The notes: generated from the sequence alone by a model not told the origin. 64,000 nt of DNA from Thiotrichales bacterium (GCA_011389995.1 JAABTG010000009.1:13482-77481), one strand, 5' to 3'. Counted from the stretch's first letter, positions 20,105 to 37,920 are shown. Made by a program: numbers and translations.

Positions 20105-20854
20105 TCAGCCCGCCGCCCGACAGATGGCCACGAAGTCGTCCACCTTCAGCGAAGCGCCGCCGATCAGTCCGCCATCGATATCGGGCTGGCCGAACAGGCC
20201 CTCGGCGTTATCCCCCTTGACGCTGCCACCGTAGAGAATGCGCAGACCCTCGGCCACCGCCCCGTCATACTTCGCCACCCCGGCCCGTATGAAGGCATGG
20301 ACCTCCTGAGCCTGCTCCGGCGTGGCCGTCATGCCCGTCCCGATGGCCCATACCGGCTCGTAGGCGATGACACCGCGGGCGATGCCTGCCGCCCCCACCG
20401 CGTCCAGGACGGCATTCAGCTGCCGGCCCACCACCTCCTCGGTTTTACCCGCCTGGCGTTCCTCCAGCAGCTCCCCCACACATACGATGGGCAAGAGGCC
20501 GTCTGCCAATGCACGTACCGTCTTGGCCGCCACCACGGCATCATCTTCACCGTAGAGGCTGCGGCGCTCCGAATGGCCGAGAATCACGTAGCTGCAACCC
20601 ATGTCCTGCAGCATGGAACCGGCCACTTCGCCGGTGAACGCCCCGGCCTCCTCCCTGGCCATGTTCTGGGCACCCAGCTGGATGGCGGTGCCGTCGATGA
20701 GCCGACCCACCTGCTCCAGGTAGACGAAGGGCGGACATACAACCACTTCGGTAGCCAAGCCGCCGATTCCGGCCGCCACGCCCTTCAGCAGGCCCGTCGC
20801 GCTGTCCCGCGAACCGTTCATCTTCCAGTTGCCGGCTACTAGTGGCTGGCGCAT
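20105..20854 (-). CDS. tpiA: Triosephosphate isomerase
   Basis: Start MRQPLVAGNWKMNG. Contains YVILGHSERR and AYEPVWAIGTG motifs. The track ORF is extended to 20881. Confidence 0.9.
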   Translation of the reverse strand: MRQPLVAGNWKMNGSRDSATGLLKGVAAGIGGLATEVVVCPPFVYLEQVGRLIDGTAIQLGAQNMAREEAGAFTGEVAGSMLQDMGCSYVILGHSERRSLYGEDDAVVAAKTVRALADGLLPIVCVGELLEERQAGKTEEVVGRQLNAVLDAVGAAGIARGVIAYEPVWAIGTGMTATPEQAQEVHAFIRAGVAKYDGAVAEGLRILYGGSVKGDNAEGLFGQPDIDGGLIGGASLKVDDFVAICRAAG

Positions 20855-21025
20855 CGGTGGAACCCCCGGTTTCTGATTCATGAAAATAGCCGCGCAGAAT
20901 AGTGACTGCTCGCAGTAAAATCAATCTCCCTGACGGGAGGCTCGACTCTACTACGGTGGATTTGGTCTTGGCGGCAAGTTCTTGACTATACTCGGAGACC
21001 GACTGACAGGCTATTAAGATTCTTT

Positions 21026-21433
21026 ATGCTGGAATGGATACCGTATGTATTGCTCGGGATCATCCTGATGTTCCCCGTGCTACAGGCAGGCGTCTGGCTC
21101 AACACCCGGCGCCTGCGGGGTCGGCCGGCACCGCAATACGGGGATCTACTGGATGCGGACACGGCGCCGCCGGGTGCGCCCACCCTGTTCTACTTCTACA
21201 GTTCTCATTGCGGGCCCTGCCGTACCATGACCCCGCGCGTCGCGGCCATGACGGCGGATTTCCACAATATCGTCATGGTCGATATCGATAAGCAGGACGA
21301 GCTCACCTGCCGCTTCGGCGTTTCCGCCGTGCCGTCGGTCATTGTGGTCAACGCCGGAAGAATCGAACGGGCGATGCTGGGGAAACAATCTGAAAGGACA
21401 TTGCGCGCCCTCATGAGCGCACTCCAGGATTGA
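21026..21433 (+). CDS. Membrane-anchored thioredoxin-family protein (CGPC active site)
   Basis: 135 aa; one N-terminal TM helix, then FYFYSSHCGPCRTMTP ... AVPSVIVV (thioredoxin fold). Confidence 0.7.
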   Translation: MLEWIPYVLLGIILMFPVLQAGVWLNTRRLRGRPAPQYGDLLDADTAPPGAPTLFYFYSSHCGPCRTMTPRVAAMTADFHNIVMVDIDKQDELTCRFGVSAVPSVIVVNAGRIERAMLGKQSERTLRALMSALQD

Positions 21434-21585
21434 ATAGCCGTCCTGGCTTACCCGGCACAGGCCAAGGGAAGCTCCGGTGCCTGCCCTGGCTTCCCTCCCC
21501 AACACCGTCGCGCCAAGCCGCTTAACGTGAAAGACGCCCCGCCGTTCGATGTCGCCGGGGGCGGCCGACCTTCAGGCCAAGGCTT

Positions 21586-22938
21586 TCAGGGCCCGGCGGC
21601 GATGGCCTGCTCCACGATACCGGCGAGGCTCTCCGCCGCCGCCCGGACTATGGGGGCATGGCGCCCTTCCACCATCACGCGCACCAGGGGCTCCGTACCC
21701 GACAGCCGCAGCAGCACCCGCCCCTCCGTGCCCAGATCCGCCTCCACCTGGCGCACCCCGGATGCCACCGCGGGCAGGCCCACCACGTCCAGCCGCTGTT
21801 CCAGCCTTACGTTGATCATGGTCTGGGGGAACTTGCTCATGCCGGACTTCAACTCGGCCAGGGCCTTGCCGGTACGCACCATGGCGGCCAATACCTGGAG
21901 GGCGGCGACGATGCCGTCGCCGGTGGTGGTGCGATCACGACAGATGATGTGTCCCGAGCTCTCGCCCCCCAGGGACCAACCCGTGTCCTCGAGGCGCTCG
22001 ATGATGTAGCGGTCGCCCACCTTGGTGCGTTCCATGGTCAGCCCGAGCTCGCCGAGGGCGACCTCGAGGCCCAGATTGGACATCAGGGTTCCCACCACGG
22101 CACCCCGCAATTCGCCGAGGTCATATAGGTTGCGGGCGATGATGTAGAGGATCTCGTCGCCGTCCACCACCTCGCCCCGATGGTCCACCATGATCACGCG
22201 GTCCCCGTCGCCGTCCAGGGCCACACCGAGATCCGCACCGTGTTTCAGGACCTCGGCCCGCAGGTTCTCGGGCTGGGTGGCGCCGCAATCCGCGTTGATA
22301 TTCAATCCGTCCGGCTTCACGCCGACGCTCACCACCTCCGCACCCAACTCATCGAATACGCTGGGGGCCACCTTGTACGTGGCGCCGTTGGCGCAGTCCA
22401 CCACGATGCGAAACCCCCGCAGGGTGGCGCCATTGGGAAATGTGCTCTTGCAGTATTCGATATAACGGCCGTCCACATCCGTTACCCGCTCGGCCTTGCC
22501 GAGATCCTTAGAGGGTACGGTAGTCATGGGCCGCTCAAGCTCCGCCTCGATGGCTTGTTCCACCGCATCGGGGAGTTTCCGGCCGCTGGCGGAGAAAAAC
22601 TTGATGCCGTTGTCGCAAAACGGGTTATGGGAGGCACTGATGACGATACCCGCCTGGGCATGCAGCGTCTGGGTCAGGTAGGCAATGGCCGGCGTGGGCA
22701 TGGGGCCCAGAAGGGCGATATCGACACCTGCGGCCGACAGTCCGGCCTCCAGGGCCGACTCGAACATGTAGCCGGAGATGCGGGTGTCCTTGCCGATCAC
22801 CACCTTACCTCCGCCCTCCCGTGCCAACACCTTGCCCGCCGCCCAGCCGAGGCGCAACATGAATTCGGCGGTAATGGGGTAGGTGCCCACTGCGCCGCGA
22901 ATACCGTCTGTCCCGAAATACTTGCGCTCACTGCTCAC
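21586..22938 (-). CDS. glmM: Phosphoglucosamine mutase
   Basis: 450 aa; start [15 protein letters not shown]. Active-site Ser loop [10 protein letters not shown] is present. Confidence 0.9.
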   Translation of the reverse strand: MSSERKYFGTDGIRGAVGTYPITAEFMLRLGWAAGKVLAREGGGKVVIGKDTRISGYMFESALEAGLSAAGVDIALLGPMPTPAIAYLTQTLHAQAGIVISASHNPFCDNGIKFFSASGRKLPDAVEQAIEAELERPMTTVPSKDLGKAERVTDVDGRYIEYCKSTFPNGATLRGFRIVVDCANGATYKVAPSVFDELGAEVVSVGVKPDGLNINADCGATQPENLRAEVLKHGADLGVALDGDGDRVIMVDHRGEVVDGDEILYIIARNLYDLGELRGAVVGTLMSNLGLEVALGELGLTMERTKVGDRYIIERLEDTGWSLGGESSGHIICRDRTTTGDGIVAALQVLAAMVRTGKALAELKSGMSKFPQTMINVRLEQRLDVVGLPAVASGVRQVEADLGTEGRVLLRLSGTEPLVRVMVEGRHAPIVRAAAESLAGIVEQAIAAGP

Positions 22939-23082
22939 GTGTCGATTCTCTCCTTGGCAACCACCATCTCAGTTCCGCCCCGTGTTCCAAACGTTTAGCG
23001 GACGCCCGGCGGGAGATCTTTATGCCAGAAAGGATCGGGGTTGTCACAGGCGACGGCCCCATTTGCGAAGGCTGCACCAAAA

Positions 23083-23113
23083 AAAAGGCCCCCGGCATGC
23101 GGGGGCCTTTCAG
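23083..23113 (-). terminator. Rho-independent terminator of ftsH (bidirectional hairpin)
   Basis: Plus-strand read aaaaaaaaggcccccggcatgcgggggccttt: a GC stem (ggcccccg / cgggggcc) with an A8 run on one side and a T-run on the other. On the minus strand the stem is followed by U8. It lies 3' of ftsH, beyond the 122-bp repeat. Confidence 0.7.
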
Positions 23114-23132
23114 GGTACGCGGACCTGCTTCG

Positions 23133-23250
23133 CCTAACGGACATGGCGCGAGGCCACCCCGAAGGATGAAAGGTGCGCCATGTCCCCCCTCACCCCGGCC
23201 CTCTCCCAGGGGGAGAGGGAGTCCAAAGGTGTCGCTGCGCGACTTTCACG

Positions 23251-23254
<4 letters not shown>
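23133..23254 (+). repeat. 122-bp multi-hairpin intergenic repeat, copy 1, in the ftsH 3'UTR
   Basis: cctaacggacatggcgcgaggccacc...ggtgcgccatgtcc...ccctctcccagggggagaggg...gtcgctgcgcgac...tttcacgttaa. About 95% identical to 42629-42752. Three internal hairpins. The terminal TTAA supplies the ftsH TAA stop codon. Confidence 0.85.
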
Positions 23255-25176
<1,922 letters not shown>

Positions 25177-25225
25177 GTCATTCAACGTGTTAGACCTCTA
25201 CAGCGGCCAAGAATAATTGTCCAAA

Positions 25226-25846
25226 CTATACACCATAGCCCCGTCCGAGCACATAAACCTCTCTCGACCGTGGGCGGGATGCCCTGGGTTTACGCGTCAG
25301 CACCTTGGCAAAGTCCCGACGCATATCCCGGATATATTCATCGAACCCCTCGCCCTGAAACACCTTCGCGAGGAAGCTCCCACCTTCACTTAGCAATTGC
25401 CGGGCCAAGTCCAGTGCGAGTTCTGACAGGAACATGGCCCGGGGCTGATCCACATTCCTTACTCCACTCATATTGGGCGCCAAGTCTGACATTACAAGAT
25501 CAGCGCCGGAATCCCCCACCGTTGTGACTATCTGTGCCACCACGGCATCGTCATGGAAGTCTCCCTGTATGAACTCGACGCCCGCCAGAGGTTCCATTGG
25601 AAGGATGTCGGTCGCCACCACCCGTCCTTTACTGCCAATACGTTCCAGGGCCACCTGGGACCATCCACCGGGCGCCGCCCCCAGGTCCACCACCATCCGC
25701 GCCGCGGCCAGCAGGCGATCCCGATCGTCTATCTCCAGGAGCTTGTAGACCGACCGCGAACGGTAACCGGCGCTCCTTGCCCGTTTGACATAGATGTCAT
25801 CCTGGTGTTCCTTAATCCACCGCTTACTACTATGGGAATGTTGCAT
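25226..25846 (-). CDS. rlmE: 23S rRNA (uridine2552-2'-O)-methyltransferase RlmE/FtsJ
   Basis: Start [14 protein letters not shown]. Contains [11 protein letters not shown], the SAM-binding motif. Synteny with ftsH. The track ORF is extended to 25909. Confidence 0.9.
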   Translation of the reverse strand: MQHSHSSKRWIKEHQDDIYVKRARSAGYRSRSVYKLLEIDDRDRLLAAARMVVDLGAAPGGWSQVALERIGSKGRVVATDILPMEPLAGVEFIQGDFHDDAVVAQIVTTVGDSGADLVMSDLAPNMSGVRNVDQPRAMFLSELALDLARQLLSEGGSFLAKVFQGEGFDEYIRDMRRDFAKVLTRKPRASRPRSREVYVLGRGYGV

Positions 25847-26120
25847 GTTGTCAGGAAAACACAAGAACGAGCTGCGTGGCCGGGCCCATGCACTGCGCCC
25901 CGTGGTCACCGTGGGTTCCGGCGGTGCCGGCCCCGGTGTGCTGGCGGAACTGGATGCGGCCCTCCAGGCCCATCAGCTGGTCAAGGTCAAGCTGCCCTCG
26001 TCTGATCGATACGAGCGGGCTGCACTGGCGGATCACCTGTGTATCGCCAGTGGTGCGGAGCTGGTACAGGCCATGGGGCGCATGGCGGTGCTGTACCGCG
26101 CCCGCCAGGACCACCCCTGA
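25845..26120 (+). CDS. yhbY: RNA-binding protein YhbY (CRS1/YhbY domain)
   Basis: [27 protein letters not shown] ... LVKVKL is collinear with E. coli YhbY. It is divergent from rlmE and shares the CATG of the two start codons. Confidence 0.85.
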   Translation: MLSGKHKNELRGRAHALRPVVTVGSGGAGPGVLAELDAALQAHQLVKVKLPSSDRYERAALADHLCIASGAELVQAMGRMAVLYRARQDHP

Positions 26121-26145
26121 TGCACAAACCGGCGACCCGCCGCGA

Positions 26146-26618
26146 TCAGATGTACTCCACCGCGAGCAGTTCGTATTCCTTCTTCCCAGAGGGGGTCTGG
26201 ACGGTCACCTCGTCCCCTTCCCGCTTCCCTATCAGGGCGCGGGCGAAGGGGGAGCCGACGGAGATGAGGCCCGCCTTGATATCGGCCTCGTCCTCTCCCA
26301 CCAGCTGATAGCGCACTTCTTCGTCGGTGGCCAGGTCCAGTAGTTCGACCGTGGCCCCGAACACCACGCGGCCCTTCGCGTCCACCTGAGTCACGTCGAT
26401 GACATGGGCGTGGGACAACTTGCCCTCGATCTCGGCTATGCGACCCTCGATGAAGGACTGCTGCTCCCGCGCCGCGTGATACTCGGCATTCTCCTTGAGG
26501 TCGCCGTGGGCCCGGGCCTCGGCGATGGCCTTGATGACCCGCGGCCGATCCTCCTGCTTGAGGCGTTTGAGCTCCGCCCGCAGACGCTCGGCACCCCGTA
26601 CCGTCATGGGGGATTTGC

Positions 26619-26622
<4 letters not shown>
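26146..26622 (-). CDS. greA: Transcription elongation factor GreA
   Basis: 158 aa; [17 protein letters not shown] ... [22 protein letters not shown]. Confidence 0.9.
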
Positions 26623-29843
<3,221 letters not shown>

Positions 29844-29851
29844 AGGGTGGT

Positions 29852-30997
29852 TCAGCCGGCCGGCCGGCGGTGCTCCCGCATCAGATCAATGAAATGGTCG
29901 AACAGCCGTGCCGCGTCATGGGGCCCCGGGCTCGCCTCGGGGTGTCCCTGGAACGCGAAGGCCGGCCTGTCCGTGCGATGGATACCCTGCAGGGTGCCGT
30001 CGAACAGGGAGCGATGAGTCGGGCGCAGGTTGTCGGGCAGGGTCGCCTCGTCCGCCGCGAAGCCGTGGTTCTGGCTGGTGATCATCACTCGCCCCGTGGC
30101 GATGTCGAGCACCGGATGATTGGCACCGTGATGGCCGAACTTCATCTTCAGCGTGCGGGCACCGCTGGCCAGGGCCAGCAGCTGATGGCCCAGGCAGATG
30201 CCGAAGGTGGGAATGCCCCGCTCCAGGAATTCCGCGATGGCGGCGATGGCGTAATCGCAGGGCTCGGGATCGCCGGGGCCGTTGGACAGGAAGATGCCGT
30301 CGGGCTCGAGGGCCAGGGCATCGGCGGCGCTGGTGCGGGCGGGTACCACGGTGATGCGACAGCCGCGGGCGGCCAGGATGCGCAGGATGTTGCGCTTGGT
30401 GCCGTAATCATAGGCCACCACGTGGTACTCGGCGGTATCGGCCGGGGGCGTGCCGTAGCCCTGGCCGAGCCTCCACTCGCCACCGCTCCAGGTGTAGGGC
30501 TCGGTGACACTCACCTCCTGGGCCAGATCCATGCCGGCGAGGCCCGGAAAGGCCCGGGCCTGGGCCAGGGCCGCATCCACGTTGGGCTCATCTCCCGCCA
30601 TGATACAGCCGTTCTGGGCCCCGCCCTCCCGTAACACCCGGGTCAATTGCCGGGTGTCCACTTCGGCGATGGCCACCACGTTCTGCCCCTTGAGGTAGTC
30701 CACCAGGGAGCCCTCCGAACGCCAGCTGCTCAGCAGCCGGGGGACATCACGCACCACCAGGCCCGCGGCCTGTATCCGGTCCGACTCCTGGTCCTCGGCG
30801 TTGACGCCGGTGTTGCCGATGTGGGGATAGGTCAGGGTGACGATCTGGCGGGCATAAGAGGGGTCCGTCAGTATCTCCTGATAGCCGGTCATGGCAGTAT
30901 TGAAGACCACCTCCCCGACGGTGTTCCCCTCGATGCCCACGGACTCCCCGTTGAACACGGTGCCGTCGGCGAGTACGAGTATGGCAGGCTTACGCAA
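29852..30997 (-). CDS. carA: Carbamoyl-phosphate synthase small subunit (glutamine amidotransferase)
   Basis: 381 aa; [10 protein letters not shown]-terminus, and GATase catalytic Cys in [10 protein letters not shown]. Confidence 0.9.
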   Translation of the reverse strand: MRKPAILVLADGTVFNGESVGIEGNTVGEVVFNTAMTGYQEILTDPSYARQIVTLTYPHIGNTGVNAEDQESDRIQAAGLVVRDVPRLLSSWRSEGSLVDYLKGQNVVAIAEVDTRQLTRVLREGGAQNGCIMAGDEPNVDAALAQARAFPGLAGMDLAQEVSVTEPYTWSGGEWRLGQGYGTPPADTAEYHVVAYDYGTKRNILRILAARGCRITVVPARTSAADALALEPDGIFLSNGPGDPEPCDYAIAAIAEFLERGIPTFGICLGHQLLALASGARTLKMKFGHHGANHPVLDIATGRVMITSQNHGFAADEATLPDNLRPTHRSLFDGTLQGIHRTDRPAFAFQGHPEASPGPHDAARLFDHFIDLMREHRRPAG

Positions 30998-31150
30998 AAG
31001 CCCCCTCCTGACAAGGAAAGCGGGAGTAAACCCTCATGGGTTAAACTCCCGCCGAATGTGGTTTACAGCCCGGGGACAGCGAGCTTGCGCGCCGCCTCCG
31101 GGCCCCTTAAGTATAGGCCAATATTATAAGAAATCGCTTAAAGCTGTCCA

Positions 31151-31543
31151 TTGATGGATCCCGGCCACCACCACGTCCCTCCTCCCGCCCTGCCCCTCAG
31201 GCTGGCCGCCGTGGAGGAGATCCCCGACGGCGCCTGCCTCGGCATCGAGGCCGGCTTCGGGGGGCTCGCCGCGGGCGTCTTCCTCTACCGGCGTGGTCGC
31301 CAGGTAAGCTGCTACGTCAACAGCTGTCCCCACACCGGGGTGGCTCTGGAATGGCTGCCCCACCGCTTTCTGGACCCCGCGGGTGAACACATCCAGTGCA
31401 AGACCCACGGGGCCCTGTTCCGGCCGCAGGACGGTCTTTGTATCGCGGGTCCCTGCGTCGGCCAGGGCCTGCGTCGCTGTAACATCGGCGTCGAGGACGG
31501 GCTGGTATGGCTGAAGTCACCACCACCGCCGCCTTTCGGCTGA
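31151..31543 (+). CDS. Rieske [2Fe-2S] domain protein
   Basis: 130 aa; CxH...CxxH ligands (CPHTGVALEW ... CKTHGALF). Confidence 0.7.
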   Translation: MMDPGHHHVPPPALPLRLAAVEEIPDGACLGIEAGFGGLAAGVFLYRRGRQVSCYVNSCPHTGVALEWLPHRFLDPAGEHIQCKTHGALFRPQDGLCIAGPCVGQGLRRCNIGVEDGLVWLKSPPPPPFG

Positions 31544-31660
31544 TCTCGCCGGTGCGGTGAATACATCCGGGACAGGCGCAACGGGCCGCCCTTCAGGGGC
31601 ACCTCTCGCGGCCGGGGGATGGCGCCGCGCCAAGGTGTCCCGCCTCGTCGTCGCCGCGCC

Positions 31661-32803
31661 CTAACCATCCCGGTCCCGTCGACCGTCCGCGGTGGCCGGG
31701 GTGGTGACCTCCTCGGAAGCCACCGCTCCCGCATCGGGCACCTCCTCAATGATCCCCAGCAGGCGCGCGCGCCGCTCCCAGGCCCGGCGTGCCAGGCGCT
31801 GCATGTCCTTGGCACTGTCCATCTCGTCCACGATCTCCATGCCCAGCAGGGTCTCGATGACATCCTCCATGGTGACGATACCCGCCATGCCGCCGAAACC
31901 GTCGATGACAAGGGCGATGTGCTCGCGCTTCTCGACGAAGCGGTTGAACAGGTCGGGGATGCGGAAGTCCTCGGCGATGACCATGATCTCACGCCGCAGG
32001 CTGCGTACCTTCTCCGCGTCACCGCCCTCCACCAGCCTGGCCAGCAACTCGTCCTTGAGAACATACCCCGTGATCTGATCCTTGGAGCCATGACGGAAGG
32101 TGGGCAGGCGGGAGAAACGCCACTTGCGCTGGGACTCATAGACCTCCCGGATGGTGACCTCCTCGGGCATCGCCTCCACCACCGTGCGCGGCGTCATCAC
32201 GTCCTCGGCCCGCACGGTATTGAAGCGCAGCAGGCTGTTGAGCATCTTCGACTCGGTGTGGTGGAGCACCCCCTCCTGGGCACCGATCTCGGCCATCACC
32301 AGGAAATCCGAGCGCGACAGCACGCTACCCCCGCCGTCCCGGCGGATGCTGCGGGTGATCATCTGGCTCAGCCACACCAGCGGCGCCAGCAGCCGGGTCA
32401 GCAGGGTCAGGGAGGCCACGGTGAAGGGCGCCAGCTCCTTCCAGAATACCGCCCCCACCGTCTTGGGGATGATCTCGGACAACACCAGGATGGCCATGGT
32501 CATGGCCACCGGGATGGCGAACTGGGTGATGGCGGGATGGGTATCCCCCCAAATGCGCGCCGACTGGTCACCCACCCCCAGCGCCCCCACGGTATGGGCG
32601 ATGGTGTTGAGGGTGAGGATGGCCGCCAGGGGCCGGTCGATGTTCTCCTTGAACTGCTGCAGTCGCCGCCCGGTGCGGGTGCCTTCCCGCAGTTTGATCT
32701 GGGCGTAGGAGGGCGTCACGCTGAGCAGCACCGCCTCCCACAGGGAGCATATGAAGGAGACCAGGATCGCCAGCAGGAAGAAGACAACCAGCAGGGTGTA
32801 CAT
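31661..32803 (-). CDS. CNNM/CorC-HlyC family transporter (DUF21 + CBS pair + CorC_HlyC domain)
   Basis: Start MYTLLVVFFLLAILVSF. Four TM helices of DUF21, then CBS domains, then a C-terminal transporter-associated domain (IALVIDGFGGMAGIVTMEDVIETLLG). The track ORF is extended to 32923. Confidence 0.75.
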   Translation of the reverse strand: MYTLLVVFFLLAILVSFICSLWEAVLLSVTPSYAQIKLREGTRTGRRLQQFKENIDRPLAAILTLNTIAHTVGALGVGDQSARIWGDTHPAITQFAIPVAMTMAILVLSEIIPKTVGAVFWKELAPFTVASLTLLTRLLAPLVWLSQMITRSIRRDGGGSVLSRSDFLVMAEIGAQEGVLHHTESKMLNSLLRFNTVRAEDVMTPRTVVEAMPEEVTIREVYESQRKWRFSRLPTFRHGSKDQITGYVLKDELLARLVEGGDAEKVRSLRREIMVIAEDFRIPDLFNRFVEKREHIALVIDGFGGMAGIVTMEDVIETLLGMEIVDEMDSAKDMQRLARRAWERRARLLGIIEEVPDAGAVASEEVTTPATADGRRDRDG

Positions 32804-32969
32804 GGATTCGCCCTTAAGTGACCGGCACCACGGAAGACCCCGGCCCGGGTGACAGGCAACGGACCCCGAAAGTCGCCGAGGTGCTCCCCGCAGGGTTGCC
32901 CAAGGAATACGGAAGCCCACCATATGCCGTCATGGTAGCCGCACCTTACAGGTGCCGTGACCCGTACCC

Positions 32970-33827
<858 letters not shown>

Positions 33828-33861
33828 TGCTGCACTCAACTCCTTCACTCTGCCGGCCAAG

Positions 33862-33903
33862 AACAAAGGACAAAGGACAAAGGACAAAGGACAAAGGACA
33901 AGG
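33862..33903. repeat. Heptanucleotide tandem array (GGACAAA)x~5, dapB-dnaJ spacer; near-inverted relative to the (TTTGTCA) array
   Basis: Direct read: aacaaaggacaaaggacaaaggacaaaggacaaggacaagg, ending at the dnaJ stop. Confidence 0.8.
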
Positions 33904-33904
33904 A

Positions 33905-35029
33905 TCATATCTTCATGTCCTCGAAAAACTTCTTCACCCCGTCCAGCCACGACGACGCCCGGGGCGAATGGCGGTCGCCGCCATGGGTCATGGTCTCCTC
34001 GAACTCCTTCAGCAGACCCTTCTGCTTCTTGTTGAGGTTCACCGGTGTCTCGACGATGGCCCGGCAGATGAGGTCGCCTTCATATCCCCCCCGCACGGAA
34101 CGCACGCCCCGGCCGCGGATGCGGAAGAGTTTTCCGCTCTGGGTCTCGGCCGGGATCTTCAGGACCACCCGGCCGTCGAGGGTGGGCACCTCGAGCTCAC
34201 CACCGAGGGCCGCCATGGTGAAGCTGATGGGCACCTCACAGTAGAGGTTGTTCTTCTCGCGGCTGAAAATGGGATGGGGACGGATGTTGATCTGGACATA
34301 GAGATCACCGGGCGGTCCGCCGTTCTCCCCCGGCTCCCCTTCCCCCGCCAGACGTATGCGGTCCCCCGTATCCACCCCCGCCGGCACCTTCACCGACAGG
34401 GTCTTCTCGCTCTTGACCCGCCCGGCGCCCCGGCAGGTGGTGCAGGGGTCGTCGATGATGGTGCCCCGCCCGCGGCAGGTGGGGCAGGTCTGCTGGACCG
34501 AGAAGAAGCCCTGTTGCAGGCGCACCTGGCCGGCGCCGTGGCAGGTGGTGCAGGTCACCGGCGACGAACCCTTCCGGGCCCCCGAGCCACCGCAGGTGTC
34601 GCATGTCTCGGCGGTGGGGATACGGATGGAGGCCGTGGTGCCGGCCACTGCCTCCTCCAGGGACAACTCCAGGTCGTAGCGCAGGTCGGCACCGCGATAG
34701 ACACGGCTGCCGCCACGACCGCCACCGCCGAAGATGTCGCCGAACATCTCGTCGAAGATGTCCCTGAATCCGGCACCGCCGCCCCCGCTCATGCCCGCGG
34801 CGCCTTCCACGCCCGCATGACCGAACTGGTCGTAGGCGGCACGCTTGCGGGCATCCGCCAGCACCTCGTAGGCCTCCTTCGCCTCCTTGAACAGGGTCTC
34901 GGACTCCATGTCTCCGGGGTTGCGATCCGGATGGTGCTTCATGGCCAGCCGCCGGTAGGCCTTCTTGATATCGGCCTCGCTGGCATTACGGGTCACGCCC
35001 AGGACTTCGTAGTAATCGCGTTTTGACAT
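33905..35029 (-). CDS. dnaJ: Molecular chaperone DnaJ
   Basis: 374 aa; J domain (DYYEVLGV ... HPDRNP), G/F-rich linker, and four CxxCxGxG zinc-finger repeats. Confidence 0.95.
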   Translation of the reverse strand: MSKRDYYEVLGVTRNASEADIKKAYRRLAMKHHPDRNPGDMESETLFKEAKEAYEVLADARKRAAYDQFGHAGVEGAAGMSGGGGAGFRDIFDEMFGDIFGGGGRGGSRVYRGADLRYDLELSLEEAVAGTTASIRIPTAETCDTCGGSGARKGSSPVTCTTCHGAGQVRLQQGFFSVQQTCPTCRGRGTIIDDPCTTCRGAGRVKSEKTLSVKVPAGVDTGDRIRLAGEGEPGENGGPPGDLYVQINIRPHPIFSREKNNLYCEVPISFTMAALGGELEVPTLDGRVVLKIPAETQSGKLFRIRGRGVRSVRGGYEGDLICRAIVETPVNLNKKQKGLLKEFEETMTHGGDRHSPRASSWLDGVKKFFEDMKI

Positions 35030-35152
35030 CTTTTATAGTTCTTCAGGAGTCGGGTATGCGGTCCCGGCGGCCGGCCCACGGCCGGGGACAAACGCGAAAC
35101 GCGGGCCGTGCCCGCGCTCGCTTTCCCCGGCTTCAGGCCAACGGGCCAGGGC

Positions 35153-37105
35153 TCACTTCTTGTCGTCGTTCACCTCTTCGAATTCCGCGTCGACCACATC
35201 GTCTTCGGCACGACCGGAACCCTCCTGGCCGGCCGCCCCACCAGCGGCCCCGCCCCCGGCGGCGCCACCGGCCGTACCGGAGGCCGCCTGTTGCTGGTAG
35301 ACCCGCTCCGCCAGCTTGCCGGAGGCCTCGGCCAGGGCGTTGGTCTTGGCCTCTATTTCGTCCTTGTCGCTGCCCTTCATGGCCTCTTCCACGGCATTGA
35401 TGGCGGACTCGATCTGCTCCTTCTCGCCGGCCTCCACTTGATCCCCCAGATCCGACAGGGATTTGCGGGTGGCATGGATGAGGTTATCCGCCTTGTTGCG
35501 GGCATCCACCGTCTCATGGAACCTCTTATCCTCGTCGGCATGGGCCTCCGCGTCCTTGACCATGTTGTCGATCTCGTCGTCCGACAGGCCGGACGAGGCC
35601 TTGATGACGATGGACTGGGCACGGTTGGTGGCCTTGTCCTTGGCCGACACGTTGAGGATGCCGTTGGCGTCGATGTCGAAGGTGACCTCCACCTGGGGCA
35701 CACCCCGGGGCGCGGGGGGGATGTCCGTGAGGTCGAAACGCCCCAGGGACTTGTTGGCCGAGGCCATCTCCCGCTCACCCTGGAGCACGTGCACCGTCAC
35801 CGCCGTCTGGTTGTCCTCCGCGGTGGAGAACACCTGGTTGGCCTTGGTGGGGATGGTGGTGTTCTTCTCGATGAGCTTGGTCATCACGCCCCCCAGGGTC
35901 TCGATACCCAGGGACAGGGGGGTGACATCCAGCAACAGCACGTCCTTCACCTCACCGGAGAGCACGCCGCCCTGGATGGCGGCGCCCACCGCCACCGCCT
36001 CGTCCGGGTTCACGTCCTTGCGGGGTTCGCGACCGAAGAATTCCTTGACCGCCTCCTGGACCTTGGGCATGCGGGTCTGGCCCCCCACCAGGATCACCTC
36101 GTCGATGTCCGACCCGCTGAGGCCGGCGTCCTTGAGGGCCACGCGGCACGGGTCGATGGTGCGGGTCACCAGATCATCCACCAGGGATTCCAGCTTGGCG
36201 CGGGTGATCTTCATGTTCAGGTGCTTGGGGCCGCTGGCGTCGGCGGTGATATAGGGCAGATTCACCTCCGTCTGCTGACTCGAGGAGAGCTCGATCTTGG
36301 CCTTCTCCGACGCCTCCTTGAGGCGCTGCAGGGCCAGGGGGTCGTTGTGGAGGTCGACGCCACTCGACTTCTTGAACTCGTCGGCCAGGTAATCGATGAG
36401 GCGCAGGTCGAAGTCCTCGCCCCCGAGGAAGGTGTCGCCGTTGGTGGACAGCACCTCGAACTGGTGCTCCCCATCCACATCCGCCACCTCGATGATGGAG
36501 ATATCGAAGGTGCCGCCGCCCAGGTCGTACACGGCGATCTTCTGATCACCCCGCCGCTTGTCCATACCGTAGGCCAGGGCCGCCGCCGTGGGCTCGTTGA
36601 TGATACGCTTGACATCCAGGCCGGCGATGCGCCCGGCATCCTTGGTGGCCTGACGCTGGGAGTCGTTGAAATAGGCCGGCACGGTGATCACCGCCTCCTT
36701 GACCTCTTCGCCCAGGTAATCCTCGGCGGTCTTCTTCATCTTCTGAAGCACCCGGGCGGCGATCTCGGGCGGGGCCATCTTCTTGCCGTTCACCTCGACC
36801 CAGGCATCGCCGTTGTCCGCCTTGGTGATCTTGTAGGGCACCATGGAGATGTCCTTCTGCACCACGTCATCCTCGAAACGCCGTCCGATGAGGCGCTTGA
36901 TGGCGAACAGGGTGTTGGAGGGATTGGTCACCGCCTGACGCTTGGCCGACTGCCCCACCAGGATCTCGTCGTCGCTGGTGAAGGCGACGATGGACGGTGT
37001 GGTACGGTCACCCTCGCTGTTCTCGATGACGCGCGTCTTGTCGCTTTCCATGATGGCCACGCATGAATTGGTGGTCCCGAGGTCTATGCCGATGACTTTG
37101 CCCAT
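35153..37105 (-). CDS. dnaK: Molecular chaperone DnaK (Hsp70)
   Basis: Start [17 protein letters not shown] with a GGAG SD. Full-length Hsp70. The track ORF is extended by 4 codons. Confidence 0.95.
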   Translation of the reverse strand: MGKVIGIDLGTTNSCVAIMESDKTRVIENSEGDRTTPSIVAFTSDDEILVGQSAKRQAVTNPSNTLFAIKRLIGRRFEDDVVQKDISMVPYKITKADNGDAWVEVNGKKMAPPEIAARVLQKMKKTAEDYLGEEVKEAVITVPAYFNDSQRQATKDAGRIAGLDVKRIINEPTAAALAYGMDKRRGDQKIAVYDLGGGTFDISIIEVADVDGEHQFEVLSTNGDTFLGGEDFDLRLIDYLADEFKKSSGVDLHNDPLALQRLKEASEKAKIELSSSQQTEVNLPYITADASGPKHLNMKITRAKLESLVDDLVTRTIDPCRVALKDAGLSGSDIDEVILVGGQTRMPKVQEAVKEFFGREPRKDVNPDEAVAVGAAIQGGVLSGEVKDVLLLDVTPLSLGIETLGGVMTKLIEKNTTIPTKANQVFSTAEDNQTAVTVHVLQGEREMASANKSLGRFDLTDIPPAPRGVPQVEVTFDIDANGILNVSAKDKATNRAQSIVIKASSGLSDDEIDNMVKDAEAHADEDKRFHETVDARNKADNLIHATRKSLSDLGDQVEAGEKEQIESAINAVEEAMKGSDKDEIEAKTNALAEASGKLAERVYQQQAASGTAGGAAGGGAAGGAAGQEGSGRAEDDVVDAEFEEVNDDKK

Positions 37106-37191
37106 TGTTTTCTCCAAAAACGGTTCGTGTCTGTTACTGAAAGACTTCTATGTTGTTCCATATGGGGCCATGGGGGCCCGATTCAACAGGT

Positions 37192-37845
37192 TCACTCGGG
37201 TTTCTTGGCCACCATCACCAGGGCAGGACGCACCAGTCGGTCGTTCAGCATGTAACCCTTCTGAATCACCGTGGCCACCGTACCGGGAGGCACCTCGTCC
37301 GTCTCCTGCATGGTCATGGCCTGATGGCGTTCCGGATCGAAAGCCGCACCCACCGGATTGATCTGCTGAACCCCCATCTTCTCCAGGGCGCCCGCCAGCA
37401 TCTTGAGGGTGAGTTCCATGCCTTCCCGGACCTTGTGCAGGTCGGCCCCTTCTTCCGACGCCGCACCGAGACCCATCTCCAGGCTGTCCCACACCGGCAG
37501 GATCTCGGCGACATATTGCTCGGCCCCGTATTTGTGGGCCTGCTCAACGTCCCGCGCCGAACGCTTGCGCAGGTTCTCCATCTCGGCCTTGGTCCTCAGC
37601 AGGGCATTCCAATGCTCGTCGGCCCGGTTGCGGGCATCCTCGAGCATCAGGCGCAACTCCTCCGGGGAATTGGATTCCTCGGCCTGGGGCTGCCCCGGGG
37701 AAGCCGGCCCGGACTCGCCCCGCGAGGCCTCCGCCCCGCTCTCCGGCACGCTCTCGGCCGACTGTGCGGAACCTTCGATGGTCTGGGACCCGTCCTCGCT
37801 CTGGTTCATGGCCTCATTGCTGTTCATATCTTTAAACATCCTCAA
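37192..37845 (-). CDS. grpE: Nucleotide exchange factor GrpE
   Basis: Contains LRTKAEMENLRKR and the C-terminal VIQKGYMLNDRLVRPALVMVA. The start among several N-terminal Mets is uncertain. Confidence 0.85.
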   Translation of the reverse strand: MRMFKDMNSNEAMNQSEDGSQTIEGSAQSAESVPESGAEASRGESGPASPGQPQAEESNSPEELRLMLEDARNRADEHWNALLRTKAEMENLRKRSARDVEQAHKYGAEQYVAEILPVWDSLEMGLGAASEEGADLHKVREGMELTLKMLAGALEKMGVQQINPVGAAFDPERHQAMTMQETDEVPPGTVATVIQKGYMLNDRLVRPALVMVAKKPE

Positions 37846-37920
37846 ATCAAATGCTTGCCCGCCCCACCGGCTGCCTGATGAGCGGTGGAACCCGAAAATC
37901 TGTGCCTGCTTGTAGGGCGT

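Noticed and set aside
22939-23250. A missing or pseudogenised folP between ftsH and glmM
   Set aside because: No translated frame in this 312-bp gap resembles dihydropteroate synthase. The gap is fully explained by the ftsH terminator plus the 122-bp repeat. folP is presumably elsewhere.
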